This document shows positions 23,222 through 36,339 of a DNA stretch of 64,000 nt, one piece after another. Source of the stretch: Mobula hypostoma (taxonomy: Eukaryota). A program made the position numbers and the translations under genes. A model generated the notes under the pieces. That model was not told the origin of the DNA and searched no databases. It saw only the letters and a list, made by a program, of their open reading frames with translations. The first letter of the stretch is position 1, and every line of letters begins with the position of its first letter. The DNA is taken from positions 15,004,001 through 15,068,000 of the forward strand of contig NC_086110.1 of assembly GCF_963921235.1 (NCBI RefSeq), read 5' to 3'.

Positions 23222-24481
23222 CTACTAACGGGATCCCCAATATCCCTCCAAACAGGCTTAATGCTTTCGCTGCATGTTCCGCTTAAAAAATCATGTGTTT
23301 TTGCTAAATAAAAGTAAGGTGGAAAATTTACAAATATTTGCAGTTTGCATATTTGTAACACAGAAGTTCTGCTAAACAAGTAAAGTTCCCAAAATGCTGA
23401 TGATTTTAGTATTCATGTTAAACAATGGGGCTTAAAAATTGCTTGAACAATTCCAAAAACAAGTATTGTGCAGTTAAATATTGCATACATTACTAGATTT
23501 GACTTCTGACTTTCTGGCCAGATTTTCTTAGCAACTATTTCCAGACATAAAACTCCAAATGACATTTACAGTGGTGTAAAATGTAGAATATGTCAGCAGT
23601 GAGATTTTCGACTTCACTATTCTGAAAAACAGCGTCTCTTATTTATTCAAAAGAACTAGTTTTGACTAAATATTTTCCGTGAAATAGTGCTGAGCAAAAG
23701 GCCAACACATACAGCCATTAATCTGCCAAATATTAGTTTGCTGCTCACTGCTGTACTCAGGAGATCAATCAAATACTTTCTTCAAGGAGAGGAGCCTTCA
23801 TTTAATTTTCTATTTGCAGAGGCTTTTTGCTGGCTGGTAGAATTCCTGGGTGTAGGATTTGATAGAGTGAACCCATGTCCTCACAGATTTTACCACCTGA
23901 CTTTATCCCTGGACAATTCCAACTCCTCTCATCTTCACTATCCTGTCCCAGTTCCTTTGGCCACTTGAGAGCAATCTTCACCAGATTCATTCAACAGCAC
24001 CAATTCCACTGTAGCTGCAAATAACTTGTTTGGATCATCACGTTTATCTTCAAGAGCCAGCTACAGAGATTAAACCTGCTCGGCTCAATTCTGGAAGCTG
24101 TTAGAATTTACATATATTTATAGAAAACACGACGCTTAATCTGACAATTCCCATTTTAGCACTGTGTCACCTATATTCTGGTTTGTAAACCTCACAACTG
24201 AAGAATTTTTATTTTTGTGTAATTTTCACCGATAAATAGTGAAGAAATTCCCACACTGTTCTAACATTATTAAAATGCACTAACCCAATTTCTGGTCCTA
24301 TCTTTTAAGCTAGTTCTGTGAGTCTAAACATCTAGGGTATATGCAGTAAGAAATCTGACTCAGTTGGCAAGTTTATTACATCTCAGTCTTGCTCCTCAGT
24401 TCCTGTGCTACACACATTCACACCGATCCCAGCCCTACGATCGAACTAGAACATTTTTTTAATCACATACACATACCATAC

Positions 24482-24540
24482 CTATGAAGGACCACTGGCT
24501 TCTCCATGGGGTGTCCAAGCAGCTCCTGAATTGCATCCCA
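24482..24540 (-). CDS. PHAF1: PHAF1 exon: WDAIQELLGHPMEKPVVLH(R)
   Basis: tttcag acceptor, GTATG donor, 59 nt, phase 0 to 2. Confidence 0.93.
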
Positions 24541-25099
24541 CTGAAAAATTTAAAACAGGTATCAGCCCTGATTAGCAGCTCACCAACACATCACCATGGT
24601 TTCTGCCTGGCATGGTACGATAGTGTTAAGTTTGCACAGTCACACTATTTTGACTTCTTGCATTTCCCTTCGTCCTTTATATTTGTGTTCAGAGGCTGAC
24701 CGAGGCTAGTTCAAACATCTTCGTGGTAAATGTGCTTCATTCAGATGAGGACATTGGAGTCGATCTGTGATGCATGGGCCCGGGAACCCTCAAGTAAATC
24801 TGATGAGGACCTTCGTGTTTGATTAGCTTCAGAACCTAACAAAGGTCAATGTCATTTCCAGCTGCTTACACAAGTACCATCCACCACGTACAATAAAAAA
24901 AGGAATTTAATAATCAATAGAAAATTCTATTAACTGTGCTGAAAGTCTGAAAGGAGCCAGATATATCACAGCACTTAAAAGTAAAGGAATAATATAAAGT
25001 GTTACTCTGAGTCCCAATCTTACAGTATGATGGGTTACCTTTTTCAGAGAGTTAATCTTCAGTTTTAAAATCATTAATGTTCTTTGAGGGAAAAGGGGA

Positions 25100-25947
25100 G
25101 GAGTCTGCCATAGTTGGATGCATCAGCAAGGGAGATGAGGCTGAGTACAGGGCTACGGTAGGAAACTTTGTCACATGGTGTGAGCAGAATTATCTGCAGC
25201 TTAATGTGAAAAAGACTAAGGAGCTGGTGGTAGACCTGAGGAGAGCTAAGGTACCGGTGACCCCTGTTTCCATCCAGTATGGACATGGTGGAGGATTACA
25301 AATACCTGGGGATATGAATTGACAATAAACTGGACTGGTCTAAGAACACTGAGGCTGTCTACAAAAAGGGTCAGAGCCGTCTCTATTTCCTGAAGAGACT
25401 GAGGTCCTTTAACATCTGCCGGACGATGCTGAGGATGTTCTACGAGTCTGTGGTGGCCACTGCTATCATGTGTGCTGTTGTGTGCTGGGGCAGCAGGCTG
25501 AGGGTAGCAGACACCAACAGGATCAACAAACTCATCCGTAAGGCTAGTGATGTTGTGGGGATGGAACTGGACTCTCTCACGGTGGTGCCTGAAAAGAGGA
25601 TGCTGTCTAAGTTGCATGCCATCTTGGACAATGTCTCCCATCCACTACATAATGTATTTGGGTGGGCACAGGAGTACATTCAGCCAGAGACTCATTCCAC
25701 CGAGATGCAGCACAGAGCGTCATAGGAAGTCATTCCTGCCTGTGGCCATCAAACTTTACAACTCCTCCCTTGGAGGGTCAGACACTCTGAGCCAATAGGC
25801 TGGTCCTGGACTTATTTCATAATTTACTGACATAATTTACATATTACTATTTAACTATTTATGGTTTTATTACTATTTATTATTTATGGTGCAACTGTAA
25901 CGAAAACCAATTTCCCCTGGGATCAATAAAGTATGACTATGACTATA
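25100..25947 (+). mobile_element. Rex1/Babar-type LINE 3' fragment
   Basis: WCEQNYLQLNVKKTKELVVD and MFYESVV..AI..AVVCWG RT C-terminal peptides; caataaagt + (gactat)n tail. Confidence 0.8.
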
Positions 25948-26859
25948 GTTGAATTTTTATTACCTTCAAGAAAATGGAAGTGAACTGTATTCTGTCTTGC
26001 AAACAATAATTTGAAGGTATTCTCATGAGGTATACAGGAACTTTTTAGTCGGTTTAGAAGAGTGATATTATATAACCTTAGTTCATTAAGTAGAACACAC
26101 ATGGAACAAACACTTTTAAATACTACACGTGGTAATGGCTAATGTGTTAAGAAGCTTAGTTAAAGCTAGAGTACTATAGTAATTTATGACGCAATGAGAT
26201 GGACTTGGCATGTGACAGGAAGTTGTTTGATCATGTGTATATCAGGAGATTTTCCACTACCAGAAAGAACTTCTTTTGACTGAAGCCAGAAGTTGACTGG
26301 AAGTCTAAAATTGAGATGATACACTTACATAAACTGTTACCAGGGCTGCAGAGCAGCAGAAGAGATGTAAGAGAATTGCCTTGTTTTATTTGGTTTCTGA
26401 CTCTGCTTCAAACTATGGTCTTAATTGAGTGGCTCAAGGATAATGAAGACTCGTACATTTGGTGTTAACAGGGACATCAAAATGTGGTAGGGCTGTTTAC
26501 TTGAATAGAGTAAACTTTGTTCGTTAATAATTTTGAAATTCAGCAACATTCTTGAACATATTAATTGAAGAAGAATCGTATTGTAATAAATGAATGCTTT
26601 GATAGGGAATATTTTTATCATGATAATGGCCAATCCATAGCTTGACTGCTATGGGTCTTGGAGAACTTGATGGCAAATGTGCTCTTGCCCTACTAGATAC
26701 TAGAGGCTGGGTGATGAGCAGGAAACTTTGGTAGGTTGCTGCTGTGCATCTTGTAATATATGCTCCAGAACAGTATGCCAGTGGTCAATATAATGAAGGA
26801 TTCAGGTGGTGGAGGGGATGCAAATAAAAGGACCATTTCCCTGGATGTTAAGCAAGGTA

Positions 26860-27050
26860 AGATTAAGGGGAAGCAGAGCTTCTTTCCCTTCACCATCAGA
26901 TTTCTGAATGGACAATGAACCCATATAGTATATTTACAAATAATATATTTCTTATTGAAATTTACAGTATATTTTATGTCTTGTACTGTACTCTGCCATA
27001 AAACAAGTCTCGTGACATATGTCAGCGATAATAAGCCTGGTTCTGATTCA
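26860..27050 (+). mobile_element. Rex1/Babar-type 3' UTR remnant (similar remnants ~32170-32510 -, ~40280-40520 -, ~59990-60215 +)
   Basis: Matches the 3' end of the 43.3-45.2 kb element (ccatc.gattt/cctaaatggaca.tgaaccca...gata.taa.cct..ttctga). Confidence 0.55.
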
Positions 27051-27530
27051 GAGAGGCTGCGGCATTTAGAGAAGGTAATGAGGAGAATGAAGACATGAAA
27101 AAATAGTTTTAGTATGAATTAAGACATTACACACATCAGTTTTTTGGAGAAGAGAAAGAGAGCTAATTTCACATTTATTAACTTGCATCTGAAACTGTTT
27201 TAGAAGTTAGCACCAGAGTAGCTCAAACTTGAAGGGATCTTCAAACACATGTTTGGAGCACTTGCATGCATCTCTCCCATGGGAGCTACTTTGAAACAGC
27301 CCTGTACTGGTTTGGTGCCAGATCAGTTTTCAGGTTAAATACAGGGATACTTTCCATTTGGCCAATCAATAGAGTGCAGTAATGCAGGTTGAAGATTCCA
27401 AAATCAACCGTAAAATATATGCAAATCAATAGTATTTGCATGGAACAGATTGGCATCCAGATATGGCTTGTATGCGCCTGAGTCTTGGGGGACATTGAAT
27501 TATTCAGTTATTTCAGTATCAATGGCTCAC

Positions 27531-27583
27531 CTTGCTGTAAGTAGTGACAATACATGGCTGCAATTGTGCATCAGTGCTTTCAT
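27531..27583 (-). CDS. PHAF1: PHAF1 exon: ESTDAQLQPCIVTTYSK
   Basis: tgacag acceptor, GTGAG donor, 53 nt, phase 1 to 0; ends in conserved TTYSK. Confidence 0.88.
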
Positions 27584-28039
27584 CTGTCAATAAAAACCCA
27601 AATCATCAGTAAGTGGGAGAACCAACAAAACAATTTCAGTTCTATCTAGTCAACTTGTTCAATCTTAATTTCAGTCCCAGCCTCCAGGGCAGTTTAGAGT
27701 TTATACTTCATTCCCTATGACCACACGAGTTCCCTATACGTAATTCTAACCCCCCCTGCCTCCACGCTCCTGCCACACCTCAAACATGTGGCATCTTAGA
27801 ATGCCCTGCTGTGTAGATAAGTGATAGAATAAGCAAATAGGAATGTGGGAAGAATAGAAATGGGATTAGTTTGAATGACTGCTTGATGGCTGGCATGGAT
27901 CTGATGAGCTATAGGGTCTGTTTTCGTGCTGTTTGACTCCAGCAAAACTCCAGCTGAAATCAGCAGAAATGAAACAGATCGTAATCTCAGCTTTAAAAAA
28001 GAAATCTACAGTGGACCAAAAGGTAAACATAGATGAAAC

Positions 28040-28387
28040 ATTCGTGGTCCATCCTCCTTCCCTTTCTCCCACGGTCCACTCTTCTCTCCTATCAGATTCC
28101 TTCTTCTTCCGCCCTTTACCTCTTCCACTTATCACCGCCCAGCTTCTCACTTCATTCCCCCCCCCCCCACCAAACTTGGTTTCACCTATCACCTGCTAGC
28201 TTGTACTCCTTCCTCTCCCCTCACCTTAGTCTGGCTTTGGCTCCCTTCCTTTCCAGTCCTATGAAGGCTCTCAGCCTGAAATGTCAACTGTTTTTTTATC
28301 TCCGTAAATGCAGCCTGACCTGCTGAGTTTCTCCAGCATTTTGTGCGTGTTGTTCTGGATTTCCAGCATATGCAAAATCTCTTGTTT
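28040..28387 (+). mobile_element. PLE 3'-repeat solo copy with degenerate hammerhead (28255-28289)
   Basis: agtcct-atgaaggctctcagcctgaaatgtcaact plus the PLE terminus; possible TSD atgaaac at 28033-28039 and 28388-28394. Confidence 0.7.
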
Positions 28388-29791
28388 ATGAAACCGCTTC
28401 TCATAATTGCAATAAGGCCATTCTATTGGGCAGGCCAGGTCACTGCACATCCAACACTAGACTCCTGAAGCAGAAACCAGCTTCAGAGCTGTCCTGGGAA
28501 GTGATTACAAGTTGGAGAGATGGCCAGATTCAAGGATTGCTAAAAGTATTAGTTGTAATAATTCTGGGACTGCTACAACCTCTGTCAGAGCATTGCCATT
28601 TGAAAATCTAAGACTTGAAATACATAGTGGAGCATGCTGACTTTTGTCAGATGACCTTATTCTGCTATGCCCATATGACTATTCCATCTTTCAAATAAAG
28701 AATTAATACACAAATAATTTCTACTACTCAAAGTGGAAATCTGGGACCTAAAGTTAGGGTCCCTATGGAAAAACCAACAACGGGATTTGAATGTCATTCC
28801 ACCATAATTGCTCAAACTGTATGTTGTGACATTAACCTCTCAGCCCCAAGTGTAGGGACCACAGTCCTGATGCATGTTTCAAACAGAACCACTGACAATC
28901 TCTTCAGCTTTTTCTTCCCTCTACAGAAACCGTTTGACCTGCTGAGTTCCTCCAACTGTTTGTTACTGCTCTGAGTGAGCTGTAACGAGTAATAGATTAC
29001 TAGCTCTAAACAACAACTGACTCCGTCTCTTCAAGAGCTAACTGGAAGGGTAAAGTTGTCTTGATTTGAGTATTATTTTTGCCATCAAGAATAACCTGGT
29101 CTGGTGTCCTAGAAACTGTCACCATCACATGACCACAAGATATAGGAGCAGAATTCAGCCATTTGGCCCATCAAGTCTGCTCAGCCATTTCACTATGGCT
29201 GATCCAATTTTCCTCTCAGCCCCAATCTCCTGCCTTCTTCTAATATCTCTTCATGCCCTGACCAGTCAAGAACCTATCAATCTCTGCTTTAAATATACAT
29301 AAAGACTTGGCCTCCACAGCTGCCAGAGGCAAAGAATTCCAGATTCACCATTCTCTGGCTAAAGAAATTCCTCCTCATCTCAATTCTAAAAGGACGCCCC
29401 TCTATTCTGAATTTGTGCCCTCTGTTCTTAGACCCTCTCCAGTTTCAGCAGATCCTTTCTAAGATAAGGGTCCCAAACCTGCTCACAATACTCCAAGTGA
29501 GGCCTCACCAGTGCTTTATAAAGTTTCAACATTACATCCTTGCTTTTATATTCTAGTCCTCTTGAAATGATGTTAACATTGCATTTGACTTCCTCGCCAC
29601 AGACTGAACCTGCAAATTAACCTTTAGGGAATGCTGCACAAGGACTCCCAGTCCCTTTGCACCTCAGTTTTTTTTGTATTTTCTCTCCATTTAGAAAATA
29701 GTCAATCTTTTCATTTCTTCTACCTAAATGCATGACCACGCACTTCCCAACACTGCATTCTATCTTCCATTTCTTTGCCCATTCTCCTCAT

Positions 29792-30534
29792 TGCTTGGGG
29801 GGGGGGGGGGGGGAAGCTCTGTTCAATGCAGGCTGGCACTTCCATTGTATCCTGGATAATGGACTACCTGATTGGCAGACCAGTTAGTGCGGCTTCAGCG
29901 CTGTGTGTCAGATGCGGCTATAAGCAGCACTAGGGCCCCACGGGGGCTTCCTTTCTACTCATCCTGTATATCTCGGACTTTAGATATAACACTGAGTCAT
30001 GTCATCTGCAGAAATCCTCTGATGACTCAGCAATAAATGGGTGCATAAAGGGAGAATGGGAGGATGAATACAAGATCCTGGTGGAAGACTTTGTCAAATG
30101 GTGCAAGCTAAATCATCTGTGGCTCAACACAGTTGATGCCAACAGGCTCAAAAAACTAATTAGAAAGGTTGTTTTTTATAAAGGAGTCAAAATGGACACA
30201 CTGGAGGCTGTGGTGAACAAAGAACCCTACGGAAAATCCTGCCAATTCTGGACAATGTTTCTCACCCTCTGCATGCCACTTTGGCTGAACAGAGGAGCAC
30301 TTTCAGTAATAGACTAAGACATCGGTGCTGCTCCAAAGAGCACTATATGAGGTCATTCTTACCCTCGGGTATAAAGCACTATAATGAGTAACCTATAGCT
30401 GGGGAAGTGATGAACCTCTCCTGTTAGACTGTTTAAGATAACTTATTCTTATTTATTCTTCTTACTTCTAATTTTGTAGATCCTTGAACTTGTAATGCTA
30501 CTGTGACAATGTAATTTCAATGATCAATGAAGTA
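29792..30534 (+). mobile_element. Degenerate Rex1/Babar fragment inserted in CR1
   Basis: FVKWCKLNHLWLN...DANRLKKLIRK peptide homologous to the 25.1-25.9 kb element. Confidence 0.7.
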
Positions 30535-31099
30535 CAGGTGTCCCCTGCTTTATGAAAGTTTGCTTTACGCCACTTCGCTTTGACGAAGACTTACATTAGT
30601 ACCTGTTTTCGCTAACCGAAAGAAATCCGAAGAGGATTTTCGCTTTTACGATAAAAGGCGCCTGCTTTAAACTTGTGTTTACCCCGAGAAAGGAACTTGT
30701 GTTTACCCCGAGAAAGACTACCATGACTGCGAAGCCTTGCACGGGCAGGTGTGTGCGCATGCGTGTACGTGCGCACACATACGTGCCGATTTTTTTCTAC
30801 AAATCGGTTTTGGCTAAATCTTCCCGGTTCTGATAAGTGAAACTACACTGTACATACATTATTTCTACTTTATATAGGCTCTGTATTTATCATATAATTC
30901 CTGCTTTTACTGTACATTAGTGTTATTTTAGGTTTTATGTGCTATTTGGTATGATTTGGTAGGTTATTTTTTTGGGTTTGGGAACGCTCAAAAATTTTTC
31001 TCATATAAATTATTGGCAATTGCTTCTTCACTTTATGCCATTTCGGCTTACGAAAGGTTTCATAGGAACGCTCTACTTTCAGATAGCGGGGGAACTCTG
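30535..31099. mobile_element. Tigger/pogo-type MITE
   Basis: TA|CAGGTGTCCCCTGCTTTATGAAAG ... CTTTCAGATAGCGGGGGAACTCTG|TA: imperfect TIRs with TA TSD. Confidence 0.75.
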
Positions 31100-33046
31100 T
31101 ATGTATCTAATCTGTCTAAGTCCTTCTGTAGCCTCTCTACTTCCTGAAAATTACCGGTCCCTCCATCTGTCTTCATATCGTCTGCAAACATTTCAACAAA
31201 GCCATCAACTCCATCATCCAAATCATTGACATATAATGTAAAAAAAATTGGACCAGAGACCCCTGTGAAACACAAGTCATTGGTAGCCAGCCAGAAAAGG
31301 CTCCCTTTATTCCCACTGTTGCCCATCAGCCCCTGCTCTATCCATGCTTGAATCTTTCCTGTAATACCATGGGCTTGTGGCTTGCATACCAGCCTCATGT
31401 GTGGCACTTTGTCAAAGGCCTTCTGAAAACCCAAGTACACCACATCAACTGATGTTTTTTTGTCTATCCTGCTTGTTGTTTCTAATAACCTACGAGCTCC
31501 CTCTAATGTAGAACCATATCCTGGAAGCTATGAATGTTGTCAAGGAAGATTTCTACTCTGAATTTAAACCCTGACCTGCATTCCCAATACTGAAGCCATG
31601 TTGAAGAATGAAACAACCATAAAGGTAGAAAGTGATCAAGATGGACTTAGGCAGGTCGTGATTTAGTAATTTATGCTCTCTCAGCTGCTGAAATCATGAT
31701 CAAAACTTCTGTTCTCTGGACTTGATTCTTATGATCTATAGAACGGACCTCTTATTTTCCACCCATCATAAAGCTTTGCTGCCTACATCCCACTTTGTAC
31801 TAGGTCCTGATCATCTATCAGCCACCCTATCCACTGGTACCCACATCAGCATTTAATGAAGTTCAAACACCTATATCTTTGGTCTTTCTCCAACTACTCC
31901 AACAATCTAGCAAGAGTTTTGATTTATTTCATTTTTTTTGTGCATCTCAAAACCTTCCTCCAGCCAACCACTGAAGAATACCTTCAGCTAATGTGGAACC
32001 AGATTCAGAAATTCCTTCTCCAAACCTATCTGTGCAACTTCCTCCTCCTCAAACCCTACCTTGTAGCAAGATTATAATCACTACTTCATGGGTGCAGATG
32101 ACTTCTGTTGGTGTTTCTATGAATTACCATAGTAGTTTTCCCAGTTGAAACCCCGAGATAAATAAAGGACCTACTTTATTCGCCAAATACATTTACATGT
32201 ATTAGGAATTTGCTGTGGTGTGTTGGTGCAACATGCAACAAAAATATTTATATAATTGTTTCTTTAAAATTGTTAAAAATGAACTTAGAACAGATATGGA
32301 ATAAAATATGCATAAATTCAAAAGTACAAGCATGTATTTACAATGTAAACAGCTTTTATAAAAAATGGTTTGAAGTGCTTACAGTGCAGTGTAGTGGCTG
32401 AGGTAAGAGACAGAGGGAGGTTGAGGGAGCTACCTAGAATGGTTTATCAGATTAACTGCTTGCGGGGTTAGAAATGCTTTTGATGGAGTGAAGTTTTTGT
32501 ATTAATAGCTCTGCTTTACAATGCACATAACATTCATTGATAGGTTATTTTCATAACCAAGTAACCCCTGCAGTTACTTCAATGTTAGAGTTCCTCTCAT
32601 CATGGAACCTGGGTAAGCAGAAGTGAGGGGAACAGGGTACATGAAATCCAAAAACAATTATGTTGGTTGGGCAGAGCAGACAATTGCCAAATATATACGG
32701 AAACCAGCAGTGTGCTATAATTAGATTCCAAAACAAATTTGTATGTACAGTGGTTTCTGATTAATTGAGCTATTGGTTAATCAGGGCAGCTGCTTATTTG
32801 GGACAACTTTTAAAGAACAAAAACTAATTGAGAAAATAGCCAGGATTCCCTTCATTTATTTGGACACAATTCCGCTTAATTGGGACAGGAGACTGTTGCC
32901 GAACAGTTTCTAACTAGCGTCTGTCACATCCACTTGCATAGAAAGACACTACACCATGTTTTGAGCAAACAGTTTTTAAATAGTGTCAATTACATGCGCC
33001 TGTGATCAAAAAGTAGTGATTTTTCTCAATTACAGTTAGCAAGGAG

Positions 33047-33121
33047 GCAACATACATCAAAGTTGCTGGTGCAACTTTGATGTATGTTGCTTGAATTTCC
33101 AGCATCTGCAGAATTCCTGTT
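33047..33121 (+). mobile_element. Minimal PLE fold-back insertion (20-bp perfect hairpin + tail)
   Basis: gcaacatacatcaaagttgc-tggt-gcaactttgatgtatgttgc followed by ttgaatttccagcatctgcagaattcctgtt; 15-bp TSD gttagcaaggaggca at 33035-33049 and 33122-33136. Confidence 0.9.
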
Positions 33122-33136
33122 GTTAGCAAGGAGGCA

Positions 33137-33765
33137 GGTGAGAGGAGAGAGTGCAGAGCACTGTGTGTGTGCAGCCCTCCGGTGAAAATGATAATCGTAT
33201 CCGTTAAATAGGGGCCGTGGACAATTCTGATTTGATGGAGACAGATGTGAAAGCACAGAAGAACATCTGGAGAAATTTCTGAAATGCCCGTTCGCTACTG
33301 TTGTTACTGCGTGATCGTGAATCTTCCGGAGGGAAGGCCTCAAAATCCCCGGCTTTGCCTGCTGTTGGCAACTGAGATTGAGGTCGAATCGCTCAGATAG
33401 AGGTGGTGCTCGGTAGTCAGTGTCGGAGAGCTGATCGGAGGCTCGAAGTTTTCCGACGACTCAGAGTCGGACTGTGGTCGGGCATGGCAGGGTGAGTTTT
33501 TCTTCCTTCTCCCATCTGCGTGAGATGTGGGACATTTGAGAGACTTTGAACTTTTACTGTGCTCATGGACTGTTCTTCATCAAGTTATGCTATTGTTGCA
33601 CTGTTGTAACTATATGTTATAATTATGTGGTTTTGTTAGTTTTTTCAGTCTTGGTCTGTCCTGTGTTTTGTGATATCACACCGGAGGAAATATTGTATCA
33701 TTTCTTAATGCATGTATTACTAAATGACAATAAAAGAGGACTGCGTGTCTTCATAATCTAAAAAA
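33137..33765 (+). mobile_element. Unclassified non-autonomous retroposon inside Tigger element
   Basis: Absent from the sister Tigger copy; CpG-rich 5' part, AT-rich 3' part with AATAAA at 33729-33734. Confidence 0.5.
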
Positions 33766-33963
33766 ATCGAAAGTAAAAAGCAGCAAGATAAATCAGAACT
33801 GTTTTGCTTACTGTGGTTTCAAGAGTTTGGGCCTGAAGGTGCCAGAAACTGCTGGGAGTGAAAATGAAATGATTTCAGTCCACGAAGAATTTGAAGGTAT
33901 CGACAATCATCTTGAATGTTACAATGAAAATGAAGATTTGGAGGATACAGTTGTTGAAAGCAT

Positions 33964-34060
33964 GTCCTGAAAAAGGTTCTTGGCCCAAAAAGTTGACCAT
34001 TTATTAATTTCCATTGACGCTGCCTAGCCTGCTGAGTTCCTCCAGCATTGTGTGTGCATT
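33964..34060 (+). mobile_element. PLE 3'-repeat fragment starting at the hammerhead
   Basis: gtcctgaaaaaggttcttggcccaaaaagttgac...cctgctgagttcctccagcatt; absent from the sister Tigger copy. Confidence 0.7.
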
Positions 34061-34548
34061 GCATTGTATGAAGGCAGGCAGCCCATTATTTACACTAGGT
34101 GTCTGTGCTAATTTTGTTCACTTACTCTCAATCAAATGAACACAGCAGCAAACACTGGATAAATTCCCCTGTTGGTAACTATAAGGAACTAATACAGTTA
34201 TATAGTAGCGTATTAGTATAGGCAGGCCACTTACATAAAACTTTGGCTAATTGGGGCAGCCGCTTATTGGGCCAAAATGTACTGGTCCTAATGTGTCCCA
34301 ATTAACCAGAATCCACTGTTAATGGTAACTGCTTAATGGTTTTGATCTTTTTAAAAATTTCCCACCAGATGTTTCCTTTGTCTCATCATTTGGGAACAAT
34401 GCCACACCAAGCAGTTCATTTAATCATTCAGCTTCAATAATTTCTTCCTAGAACATCTGTTTTGCATTCTCTAGAATTATCATCTTTCCAAGGCAAAAAA
34501 AACCTGATCATCTGCCACCCCCAGCTGTCCCACAGAAAGGGATTTCAC

Positions 34549-34592
34549 CTCGTTTTACTGCCAGTGGTATCTTGAAATCACAGCGATGGTAT
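34549..34592 (-). CDS. PHAF1: PHAF1 exon: YHRCDFKIPLAVKR(D)
   Basis: tgccag acceptor, GTGAA donor, 44 nt, phase 2 to 1. Confidence 0.9.
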
Positions 34593-34924
34593 CTGGCAAA
34601 AACAAATAAAATTACAGACAGTTAATTATATATTTGGAGTTATTCGCTCTGCTGAGTAACTAAGTCCACCCTGCCAATCCCATGCTTACGAGAGAAAATG
34701 CTAAAACTGGATGCAATACAGGAAATTAAATGGTGTTGCTAGGAGAGCTACAATCTCGTAGCAGCAGAAACTCTGGTCCTGTCCGTGTGGCTGTATCATT
34801 ACACCTACACTTTTACTTCATCTCCAAAAAAGCTTTCTGCTGGGGTGGGAATAATCTACTGGAGAAAGGGGAAATGTTTAACTCGTATTGTCTCTAGAAT
34901 TAATCAAAGTTAATCCTAGAGTAC

Positions 34925-35034
34925 AAAACGTCGACTGTACTTCTTCCTATAGATGCTGCCTGGCCTGCTGCGTTCCACCAGCATTTTGTGCGTGTTGCTT
35001 GAATTTCCAGCATCTGCAGATTCTCTCGTGTTTG
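34925..35034 (+). mobile_element. PLE 3'-repeat fragment starting inside the hammerhead (AAACGTCGACT)
   Basis: Close match to 11773-11880. Confidence 0.8.
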
Positions 35035-35049
35035 CCCTGACAGTAAAGA

Positions 35050-35735
35050 TTCATTTCAAGACACTGGGAAAAGTAGAGCACTCCCCAAAGCTCAGGAGCC
35101 ACTTCAAAATCAGAGAACAGTGTCAAAACTTATCGTGTCAGCACACTAGCACAACTTGAGAGAAAGAGTGCTTAAAAATCAAGTTTTTAAAATGCATGAA
35201 AACCTGATCTACTGGGGCGCAGTGAGATGCGACCTGCTTTATATTGTTGAGGCATGGACTGCTGTTGCAGGCACCCAAAGACAGCAGAGATCTACCACGA
35301 GGGCCGACTGCATAATCCTCGAAATCCACTGGGAGGATGGATGAATCTCCCTGGCCCACACCCCCATAATCGAGGCCCTGATTACACACAGTTGACTCCA
35401 GTTGTCCACATATGTTCCTTGAGCAGGCACCCTATTCCAAGTTTAATCACAGAAAGAGTTTACCAAGTGGACAAAAGAAAAGATTCAAATGCAATCTCAA
35501 AGCCTCCTTGGGAGCACCACAATGCCTACGTCATGACTGTGAAAAATGGAGGACTGTTGGAATAGTCACATATTGGAACACAAAGAGCACACAGACCATG
35601 CACCCACTCATCCTGTCAGGCACTTCCTGCCTCATCTGTCTGCGAATACAGCATTGGCCTCATCACTGACCTCAGAAGCTATAATTGCTGGAGTAGGAGT
35701 CATTCTCAAACTCAGGAGACCACCAAAGTAGTAAA
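35050..35735 (+). mobile_element. Highly degenerate RTE-type LINE fragment
   Basis: LIY.GAV...LLY.VEAWT and IL.IHWED peptides typical of the RTE RT C-terminus. Confidence 0.5.
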
Positions 35736-36339
35736 AGAAACTTTTACTCAAGTTGTTTTTTTTTTTTGGAATTTTCAAGAACTGCAAAAAGAGCTACATG
35801 ACTCACTTCAGACCATGGATAAAAATATACATCTTCATATTAAGTGACAGAAGTCATTAATGTAAACACCATACCAGAGAATAGCTGTGCTCAATGCCTC
35901 TCACCCTATGTGGCAATGGTCCCAACAAGACTGAATCCCAGTTTCGATGCTGCAATGTGCATGTAGGGTAAAACAAAGAGCAAACAGTCACCTAGTGGTT
36001 GCTCTCCAGAACCCACCTCCTGAATAGACTAATTTCAGGAAACTCAAACTTTATATATACAGAGCAGTGACTATTCTGAAGAGAACCTGGTACCATGAAC
36101 GGGCTTCTGCCAATATTCTGCATCATTAACTTGTCCTGTTGTGATTTAATTAAAGACTGTTATGGTTCCCTGATGATTGATCAGAATACACAGATATCCA
36201 GGTTACATTTACTTTCAACTCTGCCTCTCTAACATAGGACACTCCCGTCAGTCAGAACAGAGATAGTGACTGAGAGATCTTTGGAGTCGAAGAATATGGG
36301 GTCAGTGCAGGATGGTAGGCATTAGGTAAAAGAGCAGCC

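Larger units (their letters stand above)
29130..31480 (-). mobile_element. CR1 3' fragment split by nested insertions (pieces ~29130-29790 and ~31108-31480)
   Basis: VYLGFQKAFDKVPH and FADD-like peptides at 31.1-31.4 kb; sequence is contiguous across the insertion (tttgcccattctcct | aatctgtctaagtcc). Confidence 0.8.
32748..34318 (+). mobile_element. Tigger/pogo-derived element carrying three nested insertions
   Basis: TIRs CAGTGGTTTCTGATTAATTG / CAATTAACCAGAATCCACTG; colinear with the uninterrupted relative at 48.57-49.37 kb. Confidence 0.75.
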
